Of a stretch of 64,000 nt of DNA, positions 52,492 to 62,912 are shown in pieces. The stretch comes from Porphyridium purpureum (Eukaryota). Where the stretch lies: positions 1,116,001 to 1,180,000 of the forward strand of contig VRMN01000004.1 in assembly GCA_008690995.1 (NCBI GenBank), in the 5' to 3' direction. The position numbers were made by a program, and so were the translations under genes. The notes beneath the pieces are model-generated. The model was not told where the DNA came from. It worked only from the letters and a program-made list of their open reading frames with translations, and made no database searches. Position 1 is the stretch's first letter, and each line of letters starts with the position of its first letter.

Positions 52492-53934
52492 ATGGGCATT
52501 CCTGCACGTGCGCCAGCAACCGCCGGCGCGAGAAAACTCGGCTCGAGTTTGTATAGGATTTTGCTGAAGGAGCTTCGTGAGTTACGTCACGCGCAGGCCG
52601 CCGCATGGCGTGATGAGTCATACTTGAGGTTACGGCGGCCTCTGAGCGAGCAGATGCGTATGATGCCGCTGCAGCAATACCAGACGCTCGCGTCTGGTTA
52701 TGGTGCGATCTCGTCGCGCTTCTTGCGCGAGCTCTTTCCGCCAGACGTCACGAGCCGCGTCTTCTGGCTCTGGCAGCGAGTGGCCGTCAAGCGTGGTGTG
52801 CGCATTTCAGATATGCCAGGCATTCCGTGGCACGTCGTGTACGAGTCTGCGCGGCAGCTGTTCGAGGAGCAGCCATCCAGCGCTCAGGATACGGCGTCGC
52901 CGGCAGAGAAAAAGCGCCTGCAGCAGCGCCTGGATGACGCGCTGGACTCGATTCGCAAAGTTTCTCAGCAGACGCACATTGCAGAGAGGACGTCGCACTG
53001 TGTGACGGTGTTGCCGGCTGAAATCAAACAGCAGATCGAGCAAGACCGCGCCGCTGCGTTCCAAACCTTCTCGGACTTGCTTGCCAACCTGCATGACGGG
53101 TTCCGAAATCAACCGGAGTTTTTGGCCGAGCTGCACCGCGTCGAGCGCGCGTGCAACCACTTGGCACAGCCTGCATTTCATCGCGCTTATGCAACGCTCG
53201 AATCCCACTCGCGCGTCAGAATCGCGGAGCAGCTGAAGACCTTGTCGGAGCGCCTGCTGGTCGTGACTCGAAGTATGGAACGTGACCTACAGAGGCTCGA
53301 GCGGGACCGCGCGCCGAGCAGTGAGAGTCGCGTTGATGATGTGGATGTACCACTCGCAGTCACCCACGACGGAGGACTAGTGTCGAGTCACTCAGAGAGC
53401 GTAAGACGCGGGATGGAAGGCATTCGAGCGGTGTTTAGTGAGTTTTGGCGGGTTTGTTCTGTTGAAACGAGCGAGAATTTTCTCGAGTTGAGCTTGCCAG
53501 CTGGTTCCACGGAACCGGGCTCCGTGCCGCTTATGAATAACCTGAGCAGCGAGGAGCCACTGGTCGGCATTGAAGCGACGAGTGAGTTCTGGCCCCAGCA
53601 GGACCGCTTCCTCTTCGTGTATAGAATACTGATCGAGAATTTGTCGCCCAGTCATGACGTTCGCATTGATGCACGGCACTGGGTGATCAGAAGCGGGGAG
53701 ACGGTTGTAGCAGAAGTACCGAAATTCTCGCCTGGAGTGCTCGGTAAGGTGCCGACGCTCGCCCCGGGTGAGAGTTTCGAATACTTTAGCAGTGTGAGCA
53801 TTCCGTCCACCAACCCGCGCGGCAGCATGGAAGGCTGTATGCAGGTTGTGGTGCGCTCATCGTCCAGTGCGAAAGAACCATTTTGCGTGGAAGCCAAAGT
53901 CGCGCGTTTTGCACTCATTGCAAGGCCGTCATGA
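52492..53934 (+). CDS. ApaG (DUF525) domain protein
   Basis: FVYRILIEN...ARHWVI...GVLGKVPTLAPGESFEYFS...GSMEG...F.L. Confidence 0.85.
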   Translation: MGIPARAPATAGARKLGSSLYRILLKELRELRHAQAAAWRDESYLRLRRPLSEQMRMMPLQQYQTLASGYGAISSRFLRELFPPDVTSRVFWLWQRVAVKRGVRISDMPGIPWHVVYESARQLFEEQPSSAQDTASPAEKKRLQQRLDDALDSIRKVSQQTHIAERTSHCVTVLPAEIKQQIEQDRAAAFQTFSDLLANLHDGFRNQPEFLAELHRVERACNHLAQPAFHRAYATLESHSRVRIAEQLKTLSERLLVVTRSMERDLQRLERDRAPSSESRVDDVDVPLAVTHDGGLVSSHSESVRRGMEGIRAVFSEFWRVCSVETSENFLELSLPAGSTEPGSVPLMNNLSSEEPLVGIEATSEFWPQQDRFLFVYRILIENLSPSHDVRIDARHWVIRSGETVVAEVPKFSPGVLGKVPTLAPGESFEYFSSVSIPSTNPRGSMEGCMQVVVRSSSSAKEPFCVEAKVARFALIARPS

Positions 53935-54081
53935 GCTGAGCGTTTTCCCGTGGCTCGTGTTTTCAGGACGCATCGTAGTTGCTAGGCTTGAAGCGCAACG
54001 AAGCACATCAGATAAAGATGCGAGAGCAGACTTCTTTCCGCCTTTTTCCTCTCACCTTCCCCATCCATTCACTCTTCACTT

Positions 54082-54285
54082 TTACAGGTGCAGCTCGGCC
54101 AGAAGATTGTCCAGCTCCTCGGTGAGCGATACCACGTTTGGCTGCGCAGGGCTCTCGCATATAGCCGTAGCCAGCTGAAGAGCGCGCTCCACTTGCCTTA
54201 AACGGTGCTGCGCGTACCTTGACCCGTGCGGAAGTTTCAGTAGACGCGCACGCTCTACGTGCAGCGCCTCCACTCTCGGGTCCAT
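54082..54285 (-). CDS. Small hypothetical helical protein
   Basis: 67-aa ATG ORF that fits the gap between genes and has amphipathic helical character (LP..SRYAQHRL...ELDNLLAEL). Confidence 0.55.
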   Translation of the reverse strand: MDPRVEALHVERARLLKLPHGSRYAQHRLRQVERALQLATAICESPAQPNVVSLTEELDNLLAELHL

Positions 54286-54516
54286 ACGGCTCTCTCCCTA
54301 ACGCTTGTTCACTCGTCAGAGGCTCCGGCGCGTAAGCACGTCGAGGCGGGCCAATCAGTCAACCGCGTGGCACGCGGGGATCCTTCGAGCAGGCGGATGA
54401 GAGCTGGAGCGTGGATATCCTGAGCCTGAAGCCGAGCAGGAACGGTGCACGTTCGAGCGCGTCAGCGGTGAGGTCGCCCACACGTGGCAGAAACCATCGA
54501 TTGGCTTTGAGACGCC

Positions 54517-56871
54517 ATGGAAGGAAATGGACACGATGGAAGTCTGGAGATGCGGGGAGAGTCTACCGACGCGCAGAAGTTGGGTCGGAGGAATGAAGGA
54601 CAGATTCGAGAGGAGAAACTCGAGCACTTATCAGAACCGGCCCGACCGAACGGCAGTTGCGAAGTGTTCTTGCCTTTGGCTTCTGTGGCAGAGAGTGATG
54701 CAGATGCGAGATGTGGGATGGTCACGAATCATGAGCGAATGCAGGATACCGCGCCGCGCAACCCGTTCAGGATGTGCATTCATGACCCTTTGTCGGAACG
54801 AGCAGAGTCGCTGAAACTGCTGCGCCCAGTTGCAGCTGTACTGAGTAACCTGGCCTTTGCGAGACGATTACAACTCAAAGCGGGCCACGGGGCTCAGCGG
54901 TCCGGTCACGGTGATCCTCCCAGTTTGCGCATTGTTGGCGGGAAGAATGCGGACATTCCCGAAAATGATCAGCACCTGGTCCCGACGGTGTGGGGTTTAC
55001 AATGTTTTACTTGCAATCGTGCTTCTAGAAGCAACGATAAACCGGTTGAGACAGAGTCTGAGTTGTACTTGTGCATGAGCTGTGTTTTTGTGGCATGCAA
55101 AACAGGTCAAACCCAGCGCTTTCTCGGGAAGAATCGCTCACATATGGAGTGTCACACCTTGCAGTCCAATCACCGCTTCTGGGTGTCTGTTGATACAGGG
55201 TTGATCTACTGTGTCACGTGTGAGTGTCATGTCATGGACTTGGGTGCTTTTGGAGGACTTATGGAAGTCAGCGACTGGAGTGCTAGCGACCAGAAAACCA
55301 GCAATGGCCTGCGTGGTCGGATTAAGACGAAGAGAAGAAAGATGGACGACCTCAACTATTGGCTTCCATCCGGATACGAACAAGAAACAATTGAAAAGTA
55401 TGGTGCGATCGATTTCCCCACCGATTGCACTGGGATGGGTGGTGATCGTCTACCGGGGATGTACAACCTGGGCAACACTTGCTACATGAACTCTGTGCTG
55501 CAGGCTTTCATGTATGCGCCGCCTCTTCGCAACTATTTTTTGAGTGGCGGGCATGCTGCGAGCTGCAAAAGGCAAGAGTCTGGCACTTGTGTGCTCTGCA
55601 TAATGGATAAGCTGGTGTGTGACGCATACTCGGGCGCCGCTGTCGAACGCGGTTTCCTGATTCCGCAGAAGATGATGGAACTGGTTTGGAAAAGCGCCGA
55701 GAATCTGGCCTCATACGCACAGCACGATGCGCACGAGCTCTTGCTCAGCATTCTCAATATCCACCCGGGCGACGATACAGATCAGCAGGCATCTCAGGCC
55801 CCTGCTGTTTTGGGAAATGGTGGTTTTAAGCACGATTCAGTATCGCCTCCAGATCGTGAGGGTGAAGACAAGGCGACAAATGGTGAGAACGCCCGATTCT
55901 TTGGATCAGTTTTGGAACTGAAAGGTCTGGATGCGCCTGCAGATGCGCAGCCGGTATCAGGGGCCGCGACGCTTTCGTCTTCTAAGGGTAGCGTTTCGGA
56001 CGCAGACTTTATTCGCAGTATCTTCGCTGGTCATCTGCAGTCAGATGTTATTTGCTGCGTATGTCAGAATCGGTCGGCCACATTGGAGCCATTCTTTGAT
56101 CTTTCGCTGGACCTGGAAAAAGAGTCGACGAGCGATGATCATGCATCTATAGCATCTACTTCTGGAGGAGTCCCTCCACAAAGCACTGGTGTTCCTTCGA
56201 ATGAACGTTTGAAGGCCCAATTTGATGAGGAAGCTGTGACCACCTTGTACGATTCTTTGATCCGCTTTACAGAGCCGGAAGTCTTTGAGTCGAGCCTACG
56301 ATTGCATTGCTCGTATTGTGGAAAGAAGCAAGAAGCCGTGAAGCAGACGAGTATTCGAAGCCTACCGCCAATCTTGTGTGTCCATCTCAAGCGGTTTGAG
56401 CATGATTCTCGTCAATCCGTGTACCACAAGCTCGAAAGTTTGGTTGAGTTTCCAGTGGTGGGACTTGACTTGACCCCGCACCTGACCTCTACTTTGCGCA
56501 AGTCGAGACGTGATCGTGCGGCTCCCAGTTTGGAGAACGATTGCGTCGTTTCTGGAAGATCACGTGACGGGCCAACCGCTCCACATCCTCCCGGGCACGA
56601 AAGTCCGTCAAACGGCCCGCTTCAGGACGTGAATCAAAGCACTGCCGTGCCGATGCTCGGGGATTCAGTCAGAGAGCCGTCATGTCTTTATGATCTGTTT
56701 GCAGTAGTTAATCATCAAGGCAAGATTGATCGGGGTCACTACACAACGTTGGTACGCTGGCGTGACCATTGGTATGACCTGGATGATGATAAGGTCTCGA
56801 AAGTGCAGATCGAAGGCAAGAGTATCCGGAGCCGAGAGGCGTACCTGCTGTTTTACACACAGCGATGTTGA
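54517..56871 (+). CDS. USP22: Ubiquitin C-terminal hydrolase USP22/Ubp8-like (ZnF-UBP plus C19)
   Basis: ZnF-UBP; Cys box GMYNLGNTCYMNSVLQ, QHDAHE, HLKRFEH; His box YDLFAVVNHQG..GHYT. Confidence 0.88.
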   Translation: MEGNGHDGSLEMRGESTDAQKLGRRNEGQIREEKLEHLSEPARPNGSCEVFLPLASVAESDADARCGMVTNHERMQDTAPRNPFRMCIHDPLSERAESLKLLRPVAAVLSNLAFARRLQLKAGHGAQRSGHGDPPSLRIVGGKNADIPENDQHLVPTVWGLQCFTCNRASRSNDKPVETESELYLCMSCVFVACKTGQTQRFLGKNRSHMECHTLQSNHRFWVSVDTGLIYCVTCECHVMDLGAFGGLMEVSDWSASDQKTSNGLRGRIKTKRRKMDDLNYWLPSGYEQETIEKYGAIDFPTDCTGMGGDRLPGMYNLGNTCYMNSVLQAFMYAPPLRNYFLSGGHAASCKRQESGTCVLCIMDKLVCDAYSGAAVERGFLIPQKMMELVWKSAENLASYAQHDAHELLLSILNIHPGDDTDQQASQAPAVLGNGGFKHDSVSPPDREGEDKATNGENARFFGSVLELKGLDAPADAQPVSGAATLSSSKGSVSDADFIRSIFAGHLQSDVICCVCQNRSATLEPFFDLSLDLEKESTSDDHASIASTSGGVPPQSTGVPSNERLKAQFDEEAVTTLYDSLIRFTEPEVFESSLRLHCSYCGKKQEAVKQTSIRSLPPILCVHLKRFEHDSRQSVYHKLESLVEFPVVGLDLTPHLTSTLRKSRRDRAAPSLENDCVVSGRSRDGPTAPHPPGHESPSNGPLQDVNQSTAVPMLGDSVREPSCLYDLFAVVNHQGKIDRGHYTTLVRWRDHWYDLDDDKVSKVQIEGKSIRSREAYLLFYTQRC

Positions 56872-57084
56872 TGCACCATGTTCGTCCGAGAAGGATGCGC
56901 CGCAGATCTGCTCAAACTTTTTACGTCGCATGAGGAATTCGCTTGACTCTTGCCCTTTGATGAGGGAGGACTTCAAAATTCCATGGTCAAAAGGCGAATC
57001 TCAAACTGCGCGGTCTGATTCGCGCCGATGAATGAACTGCCTCGATGCGATTTCGCAGGCACATTGCTTCTAGATAAGACCTAA

Positions 57085-57858
57085 TCACGGCAGTAGGTCA
57101 TCGGCGAACACGACGTGCCCCCAATGGTGCGGCAAATGCACATCAATTTTGCCAGTGGGTGCCCACACCCAATTATCTTCTGTTGTGTTCGGCCGCTTGA
57201 CGTATTCTCTTCTCCCATTGTTGTAATCTAGGTGCCACTGCACGCGAGAAAAGTTTACGCGCCATTCATCGCCAGCAGTTGGGCGCGGATTTGGCGATCC
57301 GCTCGCTCTTTTTCGTTGATCATATCTTGCGAGCGTCGCAAACGGAAAGGCGAGTTCCACCGACCATCCCTGGTTTGGCATTTGGGTCGGATCATTAATT
57401 GTACCGTGCACATAAACTTTGGCAAGCACATCGGTTTCGATGAAGGTATAATTGCCGCCCTCGCAGTACGGCCGGTCCATCGTGAGCTCCATGATTGTGC
57501 CCAATGCATTGATTTCGAATTCATAGTAATTAAGCGCGTCGCCATCCGGATCGATGAATACTTCAATGTCATTATCGCGATAAATGATGCTGTTTCTCGA
57601 GGTCAGCGTCGCCCAAAGTTGCGGCTCTTCCATCTGCAAACCCACGTAGAAATACGTGTCATCCCACACCATTTTGGCGCGCGTGCGAAAGCGCGGTGGC
57701 GGCACTCCCGGCACGTCGGCGCCTCGTATGTCTACAAAGTCGTCTGTCCACGCCGCACTATCCCATGCAGAATCCTGTACGCGGCCATCCAAACGCTTGT
57801 AGAACCCGTTTCCCACGCGGCGACACACATACATCGGTGGCGCGCTTGCTTCAGTCAT
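57085..57858 (-). CDS. Carbohydrate-binding family 9-like (DOMON) protein
   Basis: LDG...W..A.WT..FVDI.G...TRAKMVWD...DNDIEVFIDP...YYEFEINA...WRVNFSRVQW..NWVW.P. Confidence 0.8.
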   Translation of the reverse strand: MTEASAPPMYVCRRVGNGFYKRLDGRVQDSAWDSAAWTDDFVDIRGADVPGVPPPRFRTRAKMVWDDTYFYVGLQMEEPQLWATLTSRNSIIYRDNDIEVFIDPDGDALNYYEFEINALGTIMELTMDRPYCEGGNYTFIETDVLAKVYVHGTINDPTQMPNQGWSVELAFPFATLARYDQRKRASGSPNPRPTAGDEWRVNFSRVQWHLDYNNGRREYVKRPNTTEDNWVWAPTGKIDVHLPHHWGHVVFADDLLP

Positions 57859-57968
57859 CTTGGAACGTCCTTGGACTCTCACAATCAACGCGGAACCAGC
57901 GCTACACGGCGGCTCGCATATCTTCACATCCAGCATGCAGCACAACACACACCTGCCTTACTCATGCA

Positions 57969-58030
57969 GGTCCGTCAGCCCGTCGGTCGGTCCGTCAGAC
58001 CGTCAGACCGTCAGTCTGTCTGTCAGGCCG
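57969..58030. repeat. Degenerate tetranucleotide (NGTC) repeat
   Basis: ggtccgtcagcccgtcggtcggtccgtcagaccgtcagaccgtcagtctgtctgtcagg. Confidence 0.65.
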
Positions 58031-58302
58031 TCTTTCGCATGTCGGTCTCGCTACATTCAACGTTCATAACCAGGGCTGATGGACCCGCACGACATCGTTA
58101 AACCCCGAAAAACTTAATTAACTTTGCAGTTCTTGTGCTTCTACTTAAAATAACGCTGTTTTATGAAGATCGCAGGTCAGCTTCTTGGATGGAAGTTTTC
58201 GCGGGCTTCCTCCACTTGTTCGTGCGTGCGGGTGGGTGCTTGGGAGAGAGCGGGAAGGGGCGAAGAGGCGTGCGTAGCTGTAGGAGCGACTGAGCAGGTG
58301 AG

Positions 58303-59004
58303 ATGGATACTATGGCAGCTGGGCAAATGGGGTTCGTGCTGGCGAGCAGTTCTGCGCGCGCAGACGCGAGCGGGCGGCGGTGGACATGTGAGCTCAGGTC
58401 TGGCCGGCCAGCTATGCACGCGCGTGCGCCTGGCGCTTGGGCAGGAACAGGACAGCTGACAAGGTCACAGGTTAGGCGCGCATCACGGTCGTCTTGGCGA
58501 AACGTGCAGATGGGAGGGAGTTCAAGTGCGGACCCGGACGACGAGGTCCAGAGGAGAAATCGGTTGGCTATCGAGCAAGAGTTCAATTTGGGATCGAAAA
58601 CGAGCACGGCCACGTCACCCGAGGCGTCCCAGTCTAGTTCGTCCGGGAAGGCTGCGTCCGCTGCTGCGACTATGGACTCGGAAGATGCGGAGCGCGAGCA
58701 GCAGGAAAGCAATAAGAAGCAATCCCCGAATACTAGCAAGGCAGAACCACCGTCAGACTCGCTGGATGAAGGCACGCGAAAAGCATTGCGGGAGAGGATC
58801 GAGCTGCAGGCAACGACCCAGCGTCAGTGGGCGGAAATCTGTGCAATGTTTGTGACCCTAGAAGGGATGAGCGGCATCGAATTGATGGACCGTAAGTCGG
58901 GCAACCCATCGTTCAAAGCGTGGGTCTTTGTGCTGCTCTGGTGGACGGTGCCGATTGGTCTCGTGTACTATTTGTACAAGTTTAGCAGCGGAATTCACTT
59001 CTGA
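58303..59004 (+). CDS. Hypothetical plastid-targeted protein with C-terminal TM helix
   Basis: MGFV.. Ser/Arg-rich transit peptide; hydrophobic C-terminus WVFVLLWWTVPIGLVYYLY. Confidence 0.65.
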   Translation: MDTMAAGQMGFVLASSSARADASGRRWTCELRSGRPAMHARAPGAWAGTGQLTRSQVRRASRSSWRNVQMGGSSSADPDDEVQRRNRLAIEQEFNLGSKTSTATSPEASQSSSSGKAASAAATMDSEDAEREQQESNKKQSPNTSKAEPPSDSLDEGTRKALRERIELQATTQRQWAEICAMFVTLEGMSGIELMDRKSGNPSFKAWVFVLLWWTVPIGLVYYLYKFSSGIHF

Positions 59005-59111
59005 AACAGTACGTTTGGCGGCGGCAATCGGGTCCTAAGCGAAATGCGGAGCGAATGTCAACTGCAAATTTTAAATAAATCCTGGAACGAGAGCCAGTCC
59101 ATCCTGCTCTT

Positions 59112-60134
59112 TCACGCGCGCAGAGGCCTTTCTGCCAGATGACTTGCTGCCGAGAGCTGGGTTTGAACTGTGTCTGCGATACGGGACGCAACTTCGCGCC
59201 TCGTCATATCTTTGACGTCAACTCCTTGCCTAGCGCATTCTTCGCAGACCAAGGAAATGGACACCGGGTCAATGGGGATGGAGCGCGCGTTCAGTAGCAA
59301 AATCGCGTTGCGGGCGCGCGCAACGCGAAGATGGGCTTCGGGGCCCACAGATAATGGCGTTATGTAGCGTTCCTCAGAGAGTGGGGCGTCGCTTCTGCTT
59401 CCCGCTTTTTTCGTCTTATCCTCGTTCTGCGCGGTTTCAAGATCGTGCGGGCTAAGCCAAATATATCCGTTGGTCCCCAGGATGGCCGAAACGCCCAAGG
59501 ACAGCCGCACGTAATGCTTTTTTGCGCGCGCAATGAGAGAAGGAGACACTTGTAAAAGCACGCCATTCCTCAAGGCGCCGAATTTGTTTGAGCGCGTATG
59601 CAAGGCGATGGATGCGTCGCTGCGAATTTCCTGAACCTCCGCGCTAATTGGATCGCCCTCTGCAAAAAAGGCGCGCATGTTAAGCTCATCCTCGTACGTG
59701 CGCTTGCGCTGTTCGCCGAGTGGCAACGTGATGGCAGACAGCAGAAGCGAGGCCTCCTGGACGGCGTTAATGTCGACGAGCCAGCGCTTCCCGGCAACCT
59801 GGAGCACTCGACCGACCACCACGTCGCCCACTTCCGGCACGTAGCGCGATCGAAAGGGACGGACAGTGACCAACCGATTTACAGTCAACACCGTCCCTGC
59901 TTGCGACGACACCAGCCTACCATTTCGAACATGCGTTCCGTGTCCGCGCACGTAAGTTCCGTCCGCAAACAAATCATTTCCAGGCAACACCAAATCGTGC
60001 GGCTCCTCCGAACCACCTTCATATCGCCTCTTTCCCAATAGTAAAGTACCCGGGCCAGCATATGAGCCTGTCCCGGACACGTGCTCCAGTCGAGCCACGT
60101 GCGCGCGCGCCACACGCGATTCACTCGCCGCCAT
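59112..60134 (-). CDS. RRP4: Exosome complex component RRP4
   Basis: RGHGT, RYVPEVGDVVVGR, RWLVDIN, LHTRSNKFG.L.NG and ILGTNGYIW. Alternative upstream ATG at 60200. Confidence 0.95.
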   Translation of the reverse strand: MAASESRVARAHVARLEHVSGTGSYAGPGTLLLGKRRYEGGSEEPHDLVLPGNDLFADGTYVRGHGTHVRNGRLVSSQAGTVLTVNRLVTVRPFRSRYVPEVGDVVVGRVLQVAGKRWLVDINAVQEASLLLSAITLPLGEQRKRTYEDELNMRAFFAEGDPISAEVQEIRSDASIALHTRSNKFGALRNGVLLQVSPSLIARAKKHYVRLSLGVSAILGTNGYIWLSPHDLETAQNEDKTKKAGSRSDAPLSEERYITPLSVGPEAHLRVARARNAILLLNARSIPIDPVSISLVCEECARQGVDVKDMTRREVASRIADTVQTQLSAASHLAERPLRA

Positions 60135-60346
60135 CTCGTTTCTTTCTCCAACCAACTGCTCCCCCCTCCCGGTCCATCCATCCGACCGTGCCGCCACCAT
60201 CGCTTGTGCCCACTGTACCTCTCATCAATGTCAACTGTACTTGATGATGATGATGACATTGTAATGACGCAGTGCATTGGAATGCGGTGGCTGCGTGAGG
60301 CTGCAGGGGCGGTGAAAGTGTGCGTGAAGCGCGGGAACTGGCGGCG

Positions 60347-61249
60347 ATGCAACCTTGCTCTGTTGCTGGTTTTGGTGCGGCAGCTGCTGCTGCGTACGTC
60401 GTGCTGCTCGAGCCGCTGACCACACGCGGCTCTGCTTTGCGCAAGGGACAATGTCAGATCTGTATGCAGGCAGAAGATCCGGGTGGACGCCGCAGAAGGC
60501 GTGTGCCGCCGGCTGAGCGCGACGACACAAAAAGTGACGACGCGTTACAAGACAGTGGTATGAGTCCGGCGCTCAAGCGCAAAGGTAGGCATTCGTATCG
60601 ATGTTCGTACTGCGGGGTCTTGGGGCACAATATTGTCACATGCGCAGAGATCAAGAAGCTCCAGGAGACAAAGGGCTCTCTGTACATCAATGTGCTTGCT
60701 GTGCCGAACGCCAAAGAAAAGAAGAGGCTTCGAAAGCGCGATCGAAGCCTGGAAGGTGCAAATCAAGCGGCTTCAAGCCAAGACCGGCAAGCATCCGGTA
60801 CTGCTGCATTGCCGCACCCACACTCCAATTCGCGCAATGAAGCAGCGCGTCGACATTTACCAGCATGCAGTACGTGCAAGGACGAGTTTGTTGTTCGGTG
60901 TCGCACGTGTCTTGGAAGCGGCAGGCTTGCCAAAGCGACAACACACGATTCGGCTCCATCTCATATATCAACCGAAAGAAATACTAAGGAGGACCAGAAG
61001 AAGAGGGTTCGTGAGCATGCACAAGAGTGGTTGCGGAAGGATAAGGGCATTGAACTCCCCAGCAGCGATACATTTTTGGGTGACCGGGGAATCATTGGCG
61101 AGGGCAAAAATGTGGACGACTTCTCTGCAAAGTTAAGCGAAGCGAGCGCCGCGTCAGCTGTGGTGTTGCCGAGGGACATGACGACCAAGTGCAAAGACTG
61201 CGGCGGAGCCGGATGGATTCTCTGCGATGAATGCGCGAAAGCAGATTAG
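60347..61249 (+). CDS. Plastid-targeted zinc-knuckle plus DnaJ-type CxxCxGxG zinc-finger protein
   Basis: CSYCGVLGHNIVTC knuckle; CSTC..CRTCLGSG and CKDCGGAGWILCDEC. Confidence 0.75.
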   Translation: MQPCSVAGFGAAAAAAYVVLLEPLTTRGSALRKGQCQICMQAEDPGGRRRRRVPPAERDDTKSDDALQDSGMSPALKRKGRHSYRCSYCGVLGHNIVTCAEIKKLQETKGSLYINVLAVPNAKEKKRLRKRDRSLEGANQAASSQDRQASGTAALPHPHSNSRNEAARRHLPACSTCKDEFVVRCRTCLGSGRLAKATTHDSAPSHISTERNTKEDQKKRVREHAQEWLRKDKGIELPSSDTFLGDRGIIGEGKNVDDFSAKLSEASAASAVVLPRDMTTKCKDCGGAGWILCDECAKAD

Positions 61250-61473
61250 AGCTGTCGCTGGCTGGCGGGGTGACTTGTTTTTGTTGAAGATCCTGCTGCT
61301 GGTACTACCGACGAGACACCAGCCGCCGGGCTTGGGCGAGCACAAGCCAGCGGAACATTACAAAGAGTAAGGAAAAAATGGGTGCTTGCTTGGATGTCCC
61401 GCCCCACACCCTGGGCGAAAATTTCTTGCGTTTGAAAACCCATGATTCAGTTTCTTCTATCCTGAGCGTTCCG

Positions 61474-62631
61474 CTAAAGCGTTGCCGAGCCTCTTGCCGC
61501 TACTTTTTCGTTATCTTCTCCCAGACCTTGTCGTTCTGGGTCCGGGATGTGAACAGTGCTCTTTTCTGTCCATTCCTTGGCTTGCGTCGCTTCGCCGCCA
61601 AATGGTTTCTTACCGTGGAGCCCCAGCATCGAAAACAATGCTTCATCCTCGTTGATCTTGACATTTGGCGTCGTCAAAAGCTTATCGCCCGTGAAAATAG
61701 AATTGGCACCAGCGAGGAAGCACAAAGCCTGTTCAATGCTGCCAAGAGAATTACGCCCAGCAGAAAGACGCACCATTGACGCCGGCATGACGATACGGGC
61801 CGTCGCAATCATGCGTACCAACGAAATCGGTTCCAGAGGCTTCATGTCCTCGAAGGGAGTGCCCTTGTTGGCGACGAGGGCATTGATGGGCACCGACTCG
61901 GGGTGAGCGGGTAGCGTAGCTAGTGTGTGCAGCATAGATACACGATCATCGTCGGTCTCTCCCATACCAATGATGCCACCACAACAAACCGACAAGCCTG
62001 CGCTGCGAACCGCCTGCAACGTCTGCAGGCGGTCTTGAAACGAGCGCGTCGAGATGACTTTTGGATAGTACTCCTCCGAAGTATCAATATTGTGATTATA
62101 TGCTGTTAGCCCAGCCTGCTTAAGTCGACTGGCCTGCTCTTCGTTCACCATACCCAAGGTGGCGCATACTTCCATATCCATAGCGCGAATCTCCGAAATC
62201 ATATCGAGCACGCGATTGAACTGGTTCTTTCCCGCCGACGACACACCACGCCAGGCCGCACCCATGCAGAAGCGGGTGCTGCCGGACGCCTTTGCGTTGC
62301 GGGCTGCCTCCAGAACGTCGGCTCCGTCCATGAGTTTCTCGGCCTTCACGTCGGTTTTGTACTTGGACGACTGCGAGCAGTACGAGCAGTCCTCGGCGCA
62401 ACCGCCGGTCTTAATCGATAGCAAGGTACAACGCTGCACCTGTGATGGCGAGAAGTATGCGCGGTGCGCGCTCGCGCCGGCGTACACGAGCTCGAGCAGC
62501 GGCATCTCAAACAACGAGCGCACTTCGGCCACTTCCCAGTCGCGCCGGACGGGGTACTTGACGCGCAGCGCGTGCTGCTCCGCTTGCGTCATACTTTGAA
62601 GCGCATGCCTGGCCACCCGATTGGCCGCCAT
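61474..62631 (-). CDS. bioB: Biotin synthase (radical SAM), mitochondrial
   Basis: LLSIKTGGCAEDCSYCSQS, RFCMGAAWR, YNHNIDTS, ESVPIN, RLSAGR and GANSIF.G.KLLTT. Confidence 0.97.
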   Translation of the reverse strand: MAANRVARHALQSMTQAEQHALRVKYPVRRDWEVAEVRSLFEMPLLELVYAGASAHRAYFSPSQVQRCTLLSIKTGGCAEDCSYCSQSSKYKTDVKAEKLMDGADVLEAARNAKASGSTRFCMGAAWRGVSSAGKNQFNRVLDMISEIRAMDMEVCATLGMVNEEQASRLKQAGLTAYNHNIDTSEEYYPKVISTRSFQDRLQTLQAVRSAGLSVCCGGIIGMGETDDDRVSMLHTLATLPAHPESVPINALVANKGTPFEDMKPLEPISLVRMIATARIVMPASMVRLSAGRNSLGSIEQALCFLAGANSIFTGDKLLTTPNVKINEDEALFSMLGLHGKKPFGGEATQAKEWTEKSTVHIPDPERQGLGEDNEKVAARGSATL

Positions 62632-62912
62632 CTTCGATCTTTCCGTCACGAATCCGTCCAAATGTCTCGCGCAAGTCGTTCGAGGCGTGCACATAAATCT
62701 CTCCGTCACACGTACGAACGCGATCACCGCCGAAGTGACTCACTGTACCTGTCTTGAGCGTTGCATCTGGCGCATGCAAGTTGCAAGAAGCGTCGATGGC
62801 ACTGAGACTGAATGGATGACGACCGACTTCGGCACCTTGCTCGGAAACAAAATAACGCTGTATCCTTTCTGTTTACTCTTCTCATCCCTCGTACCCACTC
62901 CGAGCACCCAAG

